DNA of 64,000 nucleotides, from positions 100,936,001 through 101,000,000 of the forward strand of contig OZ024741.1 in assembly GCA_964016885.1 (NCBI GenBank), given 5' to 3'. The notes below the pieces were generated by a model. It saw nothing but the letters and a program-made list of their open reading frames with translations. It did no database searches and was not told the DNA's origin. Shown piece after piece: positions 15,801-31,300 of the stretch. Each line of letters opens with the position of its first letter. The first letter of the stretch is position 1. A program made the position numbers and the translations under genes. The stretch comes from Eledone cirrhosa. Taxonomy: Eukaryota.

Positions 15801-17823
15801 CTAGGTGATATAATTATCTGTGGAGCAGATTGCTCCAAGAGCTTAGTAGCTGAAATAAGGACAGGATTGAAGAAGTTTATGGAGCTACTACTACCTCTGT
15901 TGACAACAAAAGGTTTCTCCCTACGAATGAAAAGTCGGCTTTATGACATTTATGTGATGTTGCATGGTAGTGAGAACATAGAGGATATGCGAAGGCTGGA
16001 GAGAAATGAAGTAAGCATGCTTTGATTGATGTGCAATGTTAATGTGCGGGAACAACAAAGCATGGATAAAACGAAAGAGAAACTGGGTATAAGAGGAATC
16101 AGATGTAGTGTGGACATGTGATGCGCATGGATGATGATCGCTGGGTGAAGAAGTGCAAAGTAGGAGTCACAGTAGAGGTAGACCAAGGATGACCTGGGCA
16201 GAAGTGAGAACTGATCTCAAATCACTGGAGCTCACAGAGGTGTTGACAAAGGAACATGACAAGTCGAGAGATGTTATATTGAAAAGGACCCAACCAACCC
16301 ATGTAAGTGTGAAATAGTAGATGACCAAACATACCCAACACACAGTTCAGGTTAACATCACCCTTTTTTCAAACCTTGTTCAGCTGTTCAGACCGGATAT
16401 CAGCTAAATCCACCTAATTTGAAAGGCCTGCAAAGTCACAAGCACTGTCCCATCTGACTAAATTATTAAGGAAAAACAAAAACAAAACAAAAAAAATAAT
16501 TCCATTTTTCTTTGAATTTTCTGAAAATATAAAATTTTCATTTCCCCAAAGTTTGAACTGTTACTGCATTTTCTGGTCATCATCATTGGAAAAACAGTAA
16601 GGTATGGATAAAGGTAAAACGCAATTATTAAAATTCATATTTACCGTATTATTTTGTTCAATGATATATATATTATATATATATATATCATATATCATTA
16701 TCTATAAAAGGGAGATTGTTGTTGTTGTGTGTGTGTGCATGTTCCATGTTTATACATTTGCATAATTTCAAACCGATTCGACTCAAAGTCTGTAAAATGT
16801 TGTAAATGGTCTAACTTAGGTCACCGACTATTTATTTCATTCAAACTCACCCACAATTACGGAAATAATCGATGAAACTAAATACATGACGCTTTACCCC
16901 TCTAATACAATCTGATTTCCTCTCTCTCTACTCCCCTTAAAATTCTATAAAACTACATACATGCTGCAACTTTCTCTTATATACGATTAAACTTACAAAC
17001 TTCCTTTAGGAACGCCAGAGAGAGAAGAGAGTGAGAGGGAGAGAGAGAGAGAACGTTTGTTTTTGAGTGTGGAACGGTTAAACATTTATTTACTTCAATG
17101 ACAAAGAGAACTTATTACATTTCATACGAAGCAATTATTCAAAAGCAACAGATAAATTTATTCAACAACAAAAAAAATAGCAATAAATCTTTTTTAAAAC
17201 CTCTCAACGAACGTGGAAGAAAGAAGTATCAGTTTATCTACTATACACAATAATATCCTCTATGAGGTCACTAAACCTGCTAGAAACAGCAGCTAACTCT
17301 GCCCCATATCACACCACTCCCTACTGTCTTAAATTTAGAAAACATATCCTCTATGAGGTCACTAAACCTGCTAGAAACAGCAGCTAACTCTCCCCCATAT
17401 CACACCACTCCCTATTGTCTTAAATTTAGAAAACATATCCTCTATGAGGTCACTAAACTGGCTAGAAACAGCAGCTAACTCTCCCCCATATCACACCCCT
17501 CCCTACTGTCTTAAATTTAGAAAACACACATTAGACAACCATGCAGACCAACTCCATCGCAGCTCTGTTGTTCGGCTGGCATCGTCTACACGCGTGTTGC
17601 GCAAGTACTGTGAAACAATAAATTTCAACACTTCTTTACACAGAGATAATATCCATAGGCGAAACTACAATTGTCATTGCTGGCGCAGCTCCTGCTTTGG
17701 CAGTCCAGGTCTGCAATTCATTCACTCAGTGCCTGGCAGACAAAAAAGTCCTGCCATAAAATGGGTGGTGCAACCTAACTTTGGTAACTTACTGACCCCG
17801 AGCAACGCCGAGCTTTAATGCTA

Positions 17824-17860
<37 letters not shown>

Positions 17861-19340
17861 TGTATTATTTTTTTTTCAACGAATTATCTCCCTTAGACAC
17901 GATCCATTGCCATATGGTACTTGAAAACGCACACAAACTGGATGTGGGAGATTGGCAGTATCGGTAGAGGGTCGGACGCCATGCTTTGCAGCATAGAGTT
18001 ATGATCTGAGTTCAAATCCTGCCGAGGTTAACTTAGCCTTTCATACTTATGAGGTCGATAAAATAAAGCACCAGTAACGTACTGGGGTCGATTTAATCGA
18101 CTTTCCCCTCTCCCCAAATTACTGGCCTTGTGCCTATACTAGAAATCATTATTAAATTACTCTCAGGTCTTGAACACCCCCTCCCACTTATTAAATTTTG
18201 CTAATCTATCTCCTTCAAAATTTTATTGAAAGTGATTCATATTGAAGCAGCAGCTGGAGAATCTAATAATAATTTTATTTTACATAAAAAAAAAAAACAG
18301 TATATGACAAAAAATCCCATATTTACGAATCTACACTATACAATTACCCCCCCCCCCCCCCAGCTTATGAGAATTTAAGCAAATGACCACCCCCACCCTA
18401 TTATTTTGGACTCGAGAGTACATTACAGCCTGAGTGGCCAATGAAGAAATCATTATTACATTAAATAGTAATTGTTCTCACATACCAGTCGAATCTGGAT
18501 CGGCTTGGCGGGATAAACCAAATCGACTAGGTGCAATAATACCTTTGAAAAGAAAAAGAAAACAAAAACAAAATAAAGACCTTTTCATCTTTGAAATAAG
18601 TAGCTAAGGAACAAGAAAGGGAAGAAATTAGAAAGATTGCTTATAATGATGGGAAGTAATAGATGGTTAAATCAATAGTGTCAAGATTACCAGCCATAGC
18701 GTCACATGTTAGTTGATTATTAGCACCGTGCTATGCTTAGAGAATAGACATTTAACTATCCATACTGCAACTTCATTGTAAAGAGGTTGCTGAGTATGTT
18801 TAGCTCCAGTCCAGGCCTGATTCAGTAGACCTATGTTTAAAACCCTTTAGCTTTGTCTATCATCTTTCATTATTCTTTCTACGGACTGAGTTCAAATCCC
18901 GCCGAGGTTAACTTTGCTTTTCATCCTTACGGAGTCGATAAAATAAAGTACTAGTAATACACTGGGATAATTGCTGGCCTTGTGCCAAAAGTAGAAACAA
19001 TTATTATTCTTTCTGCATTCTTTCTAAGGGCGGTGGATTGGCAGTATCGGTAGAGGGTTGGCCGCCATGCTTTGCAGCACAGTTACGTCCCTTTACGGAC
19101 TGAGTTCAAATCCCGCCGAGTTAACTTTGCCTTTCATCCTTACGGGGTCGATTAAATAAAGTACCAGTAATACACTGGGATATTGCTGGCCTTGTGCCAA
19201 AAGTAGAAACAATTATTATTCTTTCTGCATATATTGGATATTGGGTTATATTATCCAATGTGTGCTGTTGTTTTTTAAAGAGATTTTTTTAAATGCATTA
19301 ATCTATAAATAGAGTAGTTTTGAAACAAAAAATATCCCTA

Positions 19341-19379
<39 letters not shown>

Positions 19380-22300
19380 AACTTTATTTTTAGAATCTAA
19401 CTGAAACGCTTAGCGGATTTTAGTTAGAAATATACTAAAAGTGTTAATGTATTAATTTCATAATGTCCACTGGACTTCTATCATTGAACTTTGGAACTGC
19501 TTAATTATGTTTTCTTGCAGCAATAACTAAATAAAAGAAACATTTTGCTGTAAATAAACCTTGAGATTAATCTTCAGGGTGACTAAAAAAAACTGGCCCC
19601 ATACACATTTTGAGTCTCTATATTCATTTTCTAACTGATCAAGCTTGAATTTCAGGACATGGCAGATACAACATCTGAAATGACAACACGACCCCAATGG
19701 GAGTCCTAACACTGGATTTTCTGTGTGGCTTGTACAAGCAGGTACAGGAGTAATTTCAAGCATTTTTTGGAACAGACAAATCTCCCTTCAAAGCCAATAT
19801 ACAAAACTGGGTTGAGGCAGTGGAGAACCTCAATACAATGTCTGTGGACTGTCTTACCCACTCTTGACGACTCAAGAAGCATACATAGGAAGTTTTTGAC
19901 ATGGTCAGAGATTCTGTTAAACAGAGCCCAAAACAGTCACTGCACAGAAGTCAATCTTTGGATCTTTCCAGAGAAACTTGCAGGAAGGTTATCAAAGGTG
20001 ATCTTTAAGTACAATACAGAGTAAAAGATAACTTTGGAAATTGTATGATCAGTTTGAAGACTGATTTTGAGTGGACCCCACAAGGCCCTAATTTAAGCCC
20101 ACCAGATTTGTTATTTTTTGGAGCTTATGTGAAGGATAGGGTATATGTCAACAAACCCAGGACCATCACTGAACTAAAGGATAACACCAGAGAGGAGATC
20201 AGTGTCATTCTTAAGTCTGTTTGTAAAGATGTTATGCTAAACTTCACCATGCGCCTAAAAAAAAAAATGAGGATCACTTAGAACATTTGCTGTAACTCTA
20301 GACAGAAACATAAGATAAGGAATTTTTTAATGTTTTTAATAGTTTGAACTATACATACTCAGAGTTTCATTAATTTTTTGTCAAAACCTGAATAATGTAG
20401 ACAAAAATAAAAATAGGGCGTTTTTTTAATCCACCTTGTATGAGACCAACAGTTATCTACATGTTTTTAACATTACATCTTACATTCATGTGGATTTCAC
20501 CAGCCTCATATAAAGTTGCTACTCATAAAAGGCTTCTTGGATGTTTTAATGATAAGGACTAAGGCCTATCTTGCCAGCATTTTTCAGTGACATGAGGAAG
20601 GGTTTGAACTCAGAACACACAAAGTCGGAACAAATACCACAAAACATTTAAACGGACACTTTAATTACTACAATAAAAGAGAAACAAATATTGAAAATAT
20701 ATAGAAAATAACTGACCTTCACAAGACTGTGATGTTATTGATGCCAATGATACAGTTTCACTCTTTAAGGAAGCTTTAGGAGCAAAAGGGTTTGGCATCA
20801 TTTTACTAGCAGCAAGAACTGAAAGATATAATAGAGGTTGATATTTCAATAGAGACTCTAAAAGTAATGGTTGGTTTGAAGACACAAAGATAAATATTGA
20901 CATCATACATTACTTCTTCATTTTAAGGAGAGAGGACTATATCTTGAATTCTTGTATTCCTACTCTTTCACAACTATCTATCATTAGTAGTATTAGCTCT
21001 GTGGTTAATTGTTTCATTTGTTACTCTGAAGTGTAGGGATAATACTGATAAAATGCTCATGACCTTCTTAACCAGAAAATAACCAAGTGAGAAGGGTGGA
21101 TATGTGACGGTCTGAAAAATATGAGCTGGAAGGGAAGAGCTCAAGGTAATGTCATTATGAGGGAGAGGATTGTATGGGAGAAGACAGTTAGCATGATGGG
21201 GAAAAAAGGATGAGAGGCAAATGCAACAATTGCTCTGCACAAATTCAACTTTGTAGCCTTCACAATATATCTCTCATCATCATCATTTTACGTCCGCTTT
21301 TCCCTGCTTGCAAGGGTGGGACGGGAACTGCTTCTGGCTTGATTTCTACAGCTGGGTGCCCTTCCTTACACCAACCTCATTTACAGTGAGTGCTGGGTGC
21401 TTTTTTGCCGTGGCACCTCCACGACCACTTTGCAGTGGAATGATACGGACCCCAGTCCTATCATCTCATTTCTACAGCTGAGTAAACTGGAGCAATGTGA
21501 AATAAAGTGTCTTGCTCAAGGAAACAACACATCACCCGGTCTGAGAATTGAACTCACAACCTTTCGATTGCAAGCCCAATGCTCTAACCACTAAGCCATG
21601 TGTCTCCATATATATATATACAACCTCTACCACTAGCGTGTCTTTAAACAGTTGGCAGCCATTGCATCTTGTTGCAGAATAAAGATTAGATTAAGAATAA
21701 GAAAAACTGAATAAAAATGTTCAAATATTTAGCATTTAAACTAGCTGTATCCAACCAGAATTCTCTTACATCTTTCTGTTCAAACCAGTCGTAACTGATC
21801 ACTAATACTGATGTTAAGGTATTGTTCTCAAAATAAATATCAAAATCTCATAGCTTCAATATGCGAGATAAAGCCTTTACCACAAAAATACAATAATATA
21901 TATAGAGTAATGTAAATGGTAAAAGGTTAAATCTAATTTAATGCTTACCATTATTGATATGTAAAAAGAAGTTTTAAAAATAACAGTTTGTAACAATGAA
22001 ATAAAGATAAACTAAGTTAGACCAAAAGAGATTTATTTGACAATACCAGAGTTTAAACTGGCAATTTTATAGCTGAAATGTACATATTAAAACAAGAAAT
22101 TTTTTAAAGTAAACTTACCCGGGTTAGATGATGTAGAAACACCCAGAACTGTTAACAGGATAGAAAGAAAAAATAAATATTGTGTGAAACTTTATAAAAT
22201 TTGCAACTAACTACACATTTTGTTTCCACATTAACCTCATTTTTATCACACTATGGTTAAGAGATCCACTTTACAACCATATGCTGAGAATTACAAAACC

Positions 22301-25300
22301 TGTGTGGATGTCCATTGACTATGTATGTAATCATATATCTTTGATTGATATATTAAATGTAGATAAAACCAAGAAATTGATGGTATCAAACAAAAATAGC
22401 TTGTGAATCTATTGCAATTAACCAGTGAAAGGAGTGTTGGAAAACTGTACCCAACAATGCTATTGTTCACAAAATCTGACATTTAAAAAAAATGGCTCTA
22501 CGTGTATTTTGTGTGGAACGTTAATGCCAACAAACTCTTAACAAGGGGAATATTTATTTTCCTGTGATAACTGAATGTTTGATTAAGAATAGGTATACTG
22601 TTTTCCTGTGTGTCATAAAAAGACAACTAAAAGAGAGGAAGAGGACAAGGTTATAAAACATTGCAATAAAAAAAAACCCCAAAGAACCTGAGGTTCAAAT
22701 TGGAATAAGAAGAGTTATGCACCTTGAACACGGTCCAATTCTGAATAGCTGAATAAGTGTGCTAAATAATTGTTTCTACTTTTTGGCCCAAGGCCAGCAA
22801 TTACCCAGTGCATTACTGGTTCTTTAGTTTATTGACCCCGTAAGGATGAAAGGCAAAGTTAACCACGGCGGGATTTGAACTCAGAATATCAAAGGCTGTA
22901 ATTCTTTGCTGCAAAGCATGACATCCAACCCTTTCCGATACTGCCAATAATTGAGCAAATTTAGCATAACAGCTGCATATTACCATTTTGAGATCAAGCA
23001 GCATTGTTTGACTTGTGAAAGTGAAAAACAAAAAAATCCCAACTAATTAATGCTTTATATATAAGAAAAAAAAAGAAAGTTTAGTGCTTAATCAGTTCAT
23101 TGTTTTACAATTGTTTCAGAAGGTTGATTGATCATGAAAAATCAATATAGTGACTAATAGATAGTAGTTATGTAATACTATATTATTAGTCTCAATACTA
23201 TAGATCCATGCCACCATCTTTGTCTGTACATATATATATATATACTGTACATGTAGCAAAAAATCCGTGGATGGGAAAAGGGAAGAAGGAAAACAGTTCT
23301 CGATCTAGCGTAAGAGAGCTGATATATTAGGTCACAGTTCTGATAGCTCCTCGACACATTCTGCAGTCTGGGGAGATGGCCTTAACTGGACCTTGAAAGC
23401 TAAGGTAGCACTTTCTTGTTCTGTGTATGAACATAGATGTGTAAGAAATATTGAAACACTGAATAATTCTATTCTTTTTTTGTTATTTTAATACCATGAC
23501 AACCTTTTTGTTATATTTAAATCTGCAGATTTTAGATGATTCAGCATTGAGATTTGACAATGTTGAAGTTGAGAAAATTATCTTACCTGTAACAGAAGGT
23601 TTAAAAAATCTAAGACGAGATGGTGAAATAATTGAAGATGATACTGTCTGTGGAGAGGCTACGCTTGATGAACTTTGACACGAACCCAAAGACGAAGTTG
23701 AGGAGACTACACCATTCGTGTCTCCAGCCTTACTCTCTGAAACTAAATGAATAAAGAAATATGAGCAGAAGAATATTGAAGGAATAACAAAGAAAATAAC
23801 ATTTTATAAGTTTAACATATATCTAATAAATAGATTGTCACAGTAAATTGATGACACATGTAAATCAAAAACATGCTTCTTCCAGAGTTGGAGCTAATCA
23901 ACTATATTGTGAGTATACTGGAGATTTTAGGTTCCTCGACCCAGTCTGTAGTGTGCTCAAATCTATTCATAAGGAATTGCAATTGTTTGAAATGAAAGGG
24001 GACATTTGTTGGTATTAGCGGTATTCTAGGTATAAATACAATGTCTCCCTTACCACAGCCAGTGAGGATCTTGGCTTCAATAATGTGAGGCCGTGGTGCA
24101 GTCACAACCATACACATCCCATTGCACAGTTATGGCTGATCCAGGTTTCTGAGAAGCATGATGACTGTACCCTTCTTCAATTCAAGAATGTAAGGCAGCA
24201 TACCAGATGGTTCAGACTGTTGAGAAATTCAACGGGATAATGAACAGCTTCGTTGATCGATTTTTGTTGATGGCATTCACTGTGATGTTTTGAGGGGGGC
24301 CAAGAATTGTTCTTTCACACAGCCACTCTTTGTTAGAATGGTGGATCTCAAAATTGGGAAACACTTGATTAATTAAGTTTACAATGCTTTCCTCAACAGT
24401 ACAAAATGATGAAGGATCAAAACATCCTTCAGTATCAAGGGATTGCTTTTCTATAAATTTAAATGGCTGAGAATATCTGTAACTCTGAGGCTCCCCATCC
24501 CTTCCCGCCTGTTATTCCCACTGAAAAAATCTCCAAGGCTGGGAAAATCTGAGGGAAAAATAAAAATTCCCTGCGATCCCCAGCAGGTGCTTTTCTATAA
24601 AGTTAAAAGGATGAGAAGTGCTTATCTATAACTCTGAGGGTCTCCCTCCCTACCTCTATTTTCGGGAAAAGGAGTTGTTGGTAACTGAAAAAAAAAAATT
24701 CCCACAGCAGTAATCTCCACTACATTTTCAGAGAAAAAGTTGATTGCAAACATGTCGGATTAGTTGAAAACACTAAAAAACCTTAATTATTACCAATTTT
24801 ATTTAGCGTTATTAGCAGTCAATGTACAAAGAAAAAGTACTATATGTTGAAGGACATACAGAAAACACACATAAAAAAAAAAAAATACTGTTCTCTCTCT
24901 CTCACTGTATTTCTATCAATAACAATAACCACAATCACCTGTCACTATAGTGAAAGTCATTTTTTAAAGTCTATTTACATTGTTGGAGATAGAAAAATAC
25001 ACACAAACAACCAAAAAGAAAATTCTGTATTCTTTTTGTTTGTTCACACACCACGTTTTAGTTAGTTAGACAGAGGGAAGCTGGAATTAGTGAGACGTCG
25101 AGTAGTATTTCCTTCTCATACAGATAGCATGACAAACGGACAGACATGGATCTTATAGTATAGATTATAGACAAGACTACCTGTGTGTTAGAAAGAACAG
25201 AAAATTTCCCCCATTCCGTTTTAGGAAAAATAAGTTCATGGCGAGGATGTTGGAGGTCAGATTAGTTGAAAGCACAATAACCTTAATTTTTATCAATTTT

Positions 25301-28300
25301 ATTTAGTGTTATTAGTGGTCAAGCATACAAACAAACTTTCTTTTTATAAGTATTATAGATATATATTTGAAATAAAAACCTTGGTAAGTGCCAGGATGAG
25401 CCTAAATGGCTTAAATCAGTCTTGACTAGGATTATGACCATCTCATTTTCGACATCAATAATTTTCAACTGACGAGTGATGCCACTTCTGTATTTGTGGA
25501 AACGAGAAATAGATGCTACTCCTTCCTTACTTAAACTTTTCATTACATATTTCTAATAAAAGATACTTGCCCATAATTTTCAAGTCATTTTGAAAAATAA
25601 TCAGGAATTTTGAGGAATTTAGTAATATAACTAATTATCTCATTATTAAACTGGTGTTTAGAACTCAAGTTTTATGTTAGAAGGTAAGTTCTAATAGAAA
25701 AATTTGATAAAAATTTTTGTGAAAAATGAAATAACTGCAATTTCCAATAGTAAAATGATGCCAGAATTTTGTCTCAGTGACATTTGAGAAGATAAATCTA
25801 GTTGTCCCTATCAATCAACTAAGCAATATTTAATGGTAGTTAAATTATCTAAAATGTGGCTTTGCAATTGCCAAACAAATGATGCCTGTTCTGAAGTTAC
25901 AGAGTCTATCTGGGGTGATTTCTTATCATTCATTGATTGGTCATTTGACAATTTGCTATGATGATCATTATGATGATGGTACTAGTGGATGTTCATACCA
26001 CCTCAACACTTCATTCCCACTATGTTCTGAGTTCAAATCCCACCAAGGTCAATTTTGCCTTTCATCCTTGCAGGGTCAATAAAATAGAACCAGTCAAGTA
26101 CTGGGGCCCTTTAATCAAATCCCCACCTCCTCAAAAATTGCTGGCCTTTTACTTAAATTAGAAAGCATCAGTAATGCACTGGGATAATTGCTGGCTTTGT
26201 GCCAAAAGTAGAAACAATTATTGCAACTGTAATTTTATGTTGCCTTACTAATGAGTATAATAGAAGGAAACAGATGTTTGATTTATATTTAGAGCAAACA
26301 TTTCCAACTACTGTACTGCTGCACATTTATGTGACAAATTTTTGAGGAGAGTCAGAAAATATTTTAAATAATATAAAATACAACTTGTTTATACAGGTTT
26401 CTTAATTAGTCTTTATTATTATCATCATTGTTTAACGTCCATCTTCCACCCTTTCTGAGGGATCAGATCAGGGGACAGTGATTCACTCACACAGAACTGA
26501 TTTTGGCTTGGTTTCTACAGCTGGATGCCCTTCCTAACACCAATATTATATTGTTTCTTGATTCATTTATGAGGGGGTGGGGTGAAGGATTCCATGAAAG
26601 GAGCTTATGGTAAAAAATGTTTGGGAATTTCCACTATAATTGCTGAAAACTTTGAGAAAAATGGGGGAAAAAACAGAAACTATGGGAAGAGTTTATTTGA
26701 TTGATTACAATAAATTGGGTCAGTTTATAGATGAAACTTTGGTTCAATACAAACACTCTTAACTATACAGAATAACACAGGCTAATTATTTTTTTTTACA
26801 GTAGTTACAAATGAGTTAAAGGAGAATAGTTTAATCATGTGTAAAACATTCAATGAAAATTTTAAAATAGATACTTTTAATTTGAATATAAAATATTAAA
26901 TTGGATAATATATCAATACTGACCTGATGGGCTTGCATCTTGTGTAGTACTATCAGCCTAAAATTATATATATAAAAAAAAATTAAAAGGAATATTTTGA
27001 AAAACATCAAGAGAGGTGTTGTTACAAGATCAGTCATCATCAAAGCTACAAACAGTACAATGAAAATATGGGAGCTAAAAAGTTCATTGTTATAAAAAAA
27101 TTAAATCCCAATAACAAAAAAAAAGAGTCCTTCACCATCACCGTTTTATGTTGTTTTCTTCATGTTGGCACAGGTTGGAAGGGTTGTCAAATTCTGAAAC
27201 TAGACAGGTCAGATGACAATATATTGCGTAGGCTACATTTTTGGAATGCTTTCTATGGCCAGATGCTCTCTCTAATGCTAACTACTTTACATCTTGGACT
27301 AGGTTAATTTTAATGGGGCACCAACACTAGGGAGGTTGTTAGTCACTGATTTGACTGAAGAGCTCTCTTGACTCTATGGTAAGGGGAGCCTTGTTTAGGA
27401 AGTAAAAGTGTGTGAATGTGGGGGTTAAAATGGCATATTTGAAGTCATGGGTGAATAACAATATGGGGTGGTGGAGATAAGGAAGGATGGTGTTGTGTGT
27501 GAATGACAAGTGTGATGGGATCTGGCAGGGTGAAGTGAGAAAGATGAGGTGTAATAGAGCTGTATTTTTTATCTCTATCACTATAGAATGGGTGAGAATT
27601 TAATAGGTAAGGGACGATCTTGGCTAAAGTGGGAAGGTGGGAATCATCACGAGGGGGTGGAGTATAGTGATGAAAAGATTAGTTACTGTAGAGCTATGAC
27701 AAATGTGGTGGGAGTGATCTTGGATAGAGTGAGGGACGAGGTACAGTATTGATTGAAGTAGTTATTAAGAGTGAATGGTGTGGAAGGTAGGATATGTATG
27801 AATCAAGACAGGCCATGTCACATCCTAAGATGCATTAGATGACAGGAGAGATAGTGAATATTGTAGGAGAAATGGAAGAGCATCTTGTTTTTATTGGCAG
27901 GTCTTCTCCAGTACCTCATGACTGCAGTCACTATGGTCCTCTGTCATTATTGTCATGTGATTTAGCTTCCTAAAGTCAGCCTTCACTACTTTACCCCATG
28001 TCTTCCTAAGTGTAATTCTTTCAAAGGTTACATCCACTGAGATTTCTCAGCACTTCTTTATACAGCTGTCATCTTCCATATGCATCAAATGTCCATACTA
28101 ATGTTGCAGTTTTGTTTCTTGCACATTCATTAGATTCCTCTTATACCAAGTTTCTCTTTCAGCTAATTTATGCTACACTATTTATGCACACTAATATTAC
28201 ACATCCACCAGAGCATGCCTGCTTTATTTATTTCTAGCCTTCTCAGGTCTTCTACAGTCAAGACCCATATCTCACTGCAGATTGCATGCAGGCATCATAG

Positions 28301-31300
28301 TCTGCCTTTCACTCTGAGTGAGAGACCCTTTGTTGTCTGTAGGGATACAAGTTACCTAAACTTCTTCCACTCTGTTCTAACCTTAGCAACTACACTTTCT
28401 GAGAATCCTGCCTCTTACTGCTGATTAGGCCCCCAAAGTAGCAAAAACTGTCAAAAACTTCTCAGGAGCCTCCCGAGCAATTGAGGGAATCTATTTCACG
28501 TGCACTGCTAACTGGCTAACACTACATATCACAATCCCTCCTTCCATCCCCATACACACATACATTATATATAATCACACACATTTTTTATTGATGAGAG
28601 CTTTGTAAAAGCAAAATATTGTAACATAAAGAAAGTGTGTAAACCTTTGTCTTTGTTTACAGCCATTTCCGTTGTGGATTTCTAATACACTTTTCACTCT
28701 ATTTCACAATACTTCATGTAAACTATGCAGCAAATATTGTTATTGTCAACAAGTCCAACAACACCCTCACCATATGCCAACAGAGGAGCTTTTATGCAAT
28801 TTCTCAACATATCACAAATAACAACCAAATCTCCCTCAAATCACATGATGCTGAAATTACTGCCCTTGACAAATTCAATAAGTATAACTCTTCTTGGCTC
28901 ATACAAACCTCCAACGCAAACAGTAAAAGGAGAATCTTTTGGCATGTCCATGACTAGTAATATTCCTGATTGGAATATAGAAACTGTAAACACCTGAGAT
29001 ATCTTTCTGTTTTTATACATAGCCTATACCAAATCAACTCTCTACACCTAACGGATCATGTGACCACTACCTAATAACTTGATGTTCACATAACCCCCCC
29101 ATTCTCCTTTGGCACATAAAATCAACCAACTATTAGGGGGTTCAGCCTTTTCAAGACATTACTCTAACCCCCCCTGAGCAGTACAATCTGATAATATACT
29201 CTGGAAAAACAAAATATCATCCTTACTACAAACTGAAAGTTTGTACTCACCACTACAACTCCTGCAAGACTACTTCTCCAAATGCTATACATGCTTTTGT
29301 GCATCATACAACTTGCAAGCTATCCTGATTCTTTTGATTCCTGACTCAAATGATCTCTACAAATTTTGTAGAATTGTCTTATATTTCACTCAATGGTTTT
29401 GGAAGCAGTACTCCCACAGAAGGCTTTCATATTTGCATTCGACCATATACTAGGCAAAGATCAATCGTAACTCCTCTCATTTAAGTATACCACCAATACA
29501 GTCTGTGATTTTCCTCAAAGTGTCCCAGAACTAGCCCCTATTCTTTCTATCTCCTTCTTACTCTTTGGAAACATGCTAGTGTGTCCCATTCTCATTAATG
29601 ACAACCTCTATGACCTCCACTCTACCCCACCAACTATCAACCCAAACTTCTACATAAGTAACTGTCTTCTGTCATAATCGACGCTCGTCCTTAAGAAATT
29701 GGAGGTAAGACAATAATATTGCACTTGACTGTCTGGTATGCAAATCTCAGAGCTGCATGCCAGATAAGCCATCATCTAGGAACTGACCAAATGGAAGATA
29801 AACTTTGGGCATACTTCTAAAATGCCGATCAAGACCATGGTGGAGGACAGTGATGCAACTATCATTATGCCTGAATAAAGTGTCAGTTGTCATCGATATA
29901 TAGACATGTTTCAAAGTAAAACTAGTGCTCTGCACCTTTTTATGCAGTTGTCATCCTTCATACGCATCACCTGTCCATACCAGCATAATATCCTCTTATG
30001 CCTAGTCTATCTCAATTCGTTTATGCTTTGCCATTCACGTATATTACTATTACACATCCATCGGAGCATGCAAACTTCATTTCTTTCTAATCTACGCAAA
30101 TCTTCTGCACACAATGCCCAAGTCTCACTACAATGCAATATTGCTGTTCATATGTATGCATCATACAGCTTGCCTTTCATTTTGAGGGAAAAACCTTTTG
30201 CAGCTAGCAGTGGTAGTAGCTCTGAACTTCTTCCATCCCGTTCTTATTCTGGTTACTGAACTTTCAGAACACCCACCTCTGCTGCCATGGGATAAAATAG
30301 TTTTGATTTTAACCAGGAAGTAAAACCAAGGTAGCTATATATCTAACGAGACTACTGTAAGATATATATTTGGTAAGAACTTTGTTTCCTAACATGATGA
30401 TGATGATATAAAATGGATGATACATGCATATAAAGAACTATGAAATACATAAAAGAGTATGCCCTTGTTTCAAATAGTTGTGCTTTTAATCAGATAGTAA
30501 TCTTGCAAGGAAGCTATAGTGTAAAGTATTTTTTTGTTTGATTCAAGAATTAGTAAATAAAAGAAAGCAAAGATATCTTACCAGCTTCTCCTTATTAGTT
30601 GATCCTGGCTCACTCTCTAATGAGCCTTGAGTCGGATCTGAAATTTAAAAAAATATGATAAGTGGTCGAGCTTTGATATGTTTAACCCTGCTGAAACCTA
30701 ACTGTCCCAGTTTCTACAATACAAAACTGTTTACTGTATATTAAGATGTTTATATTTATCTAAAAACCTTCCACCATAATTTTATGTAAGAATATATATT
30801 AAGTTATATTCCAAACACCAGCTAACTAATGAGAAAATTCCTTATTTTAGTAAATCACTTCTTAGTTATTTTCAAAATTATTTGTAAATCATAAGCAGCG
30901 CCTTCCAGTAGAAATATGGTAATGAAGGGTTATATTTATAGACTGAAATTTTAATGATGTAAACACGCCACCTGTTCATTTCTGATAATTTCAATGAAAG
31001 ATGCTCAAAAATATTACAATTAACATATAAAGTACTAATCAAGTAACTGTTTTACACCTCAAGGTTATATCCATGTTTGAAGCGTATAAATTACATGAAC
31101 ATGTGAGACTAACACATGTATGCATTGACTTGTAATAAAGTATATAAATTACAAAGAGATGATGAGCTGTTGGCATAATAAAAAGCACACAGTACACTCA
31201 GTAAAGTGGTTGGCATTAGGAAGGACATCCAGTCTTAGAAACCATGTCAAACAATGCCTTGAGAGGACTCAGAATGTGTCAGGGATACAAAAACCTCCCT

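Noticed and set aside
17253-17525. CRISPR-like regular repeat
   Set aside because: Contiguous 91-bp tandem units with no unique spacers, no cas genes, eukaryotic context.
28670-29820. Possible additional decayed retroelement on the minus strand
   Set aside because: Composition looks coding-derived, but I could not read a diagnostic motif, so no class is assigned.
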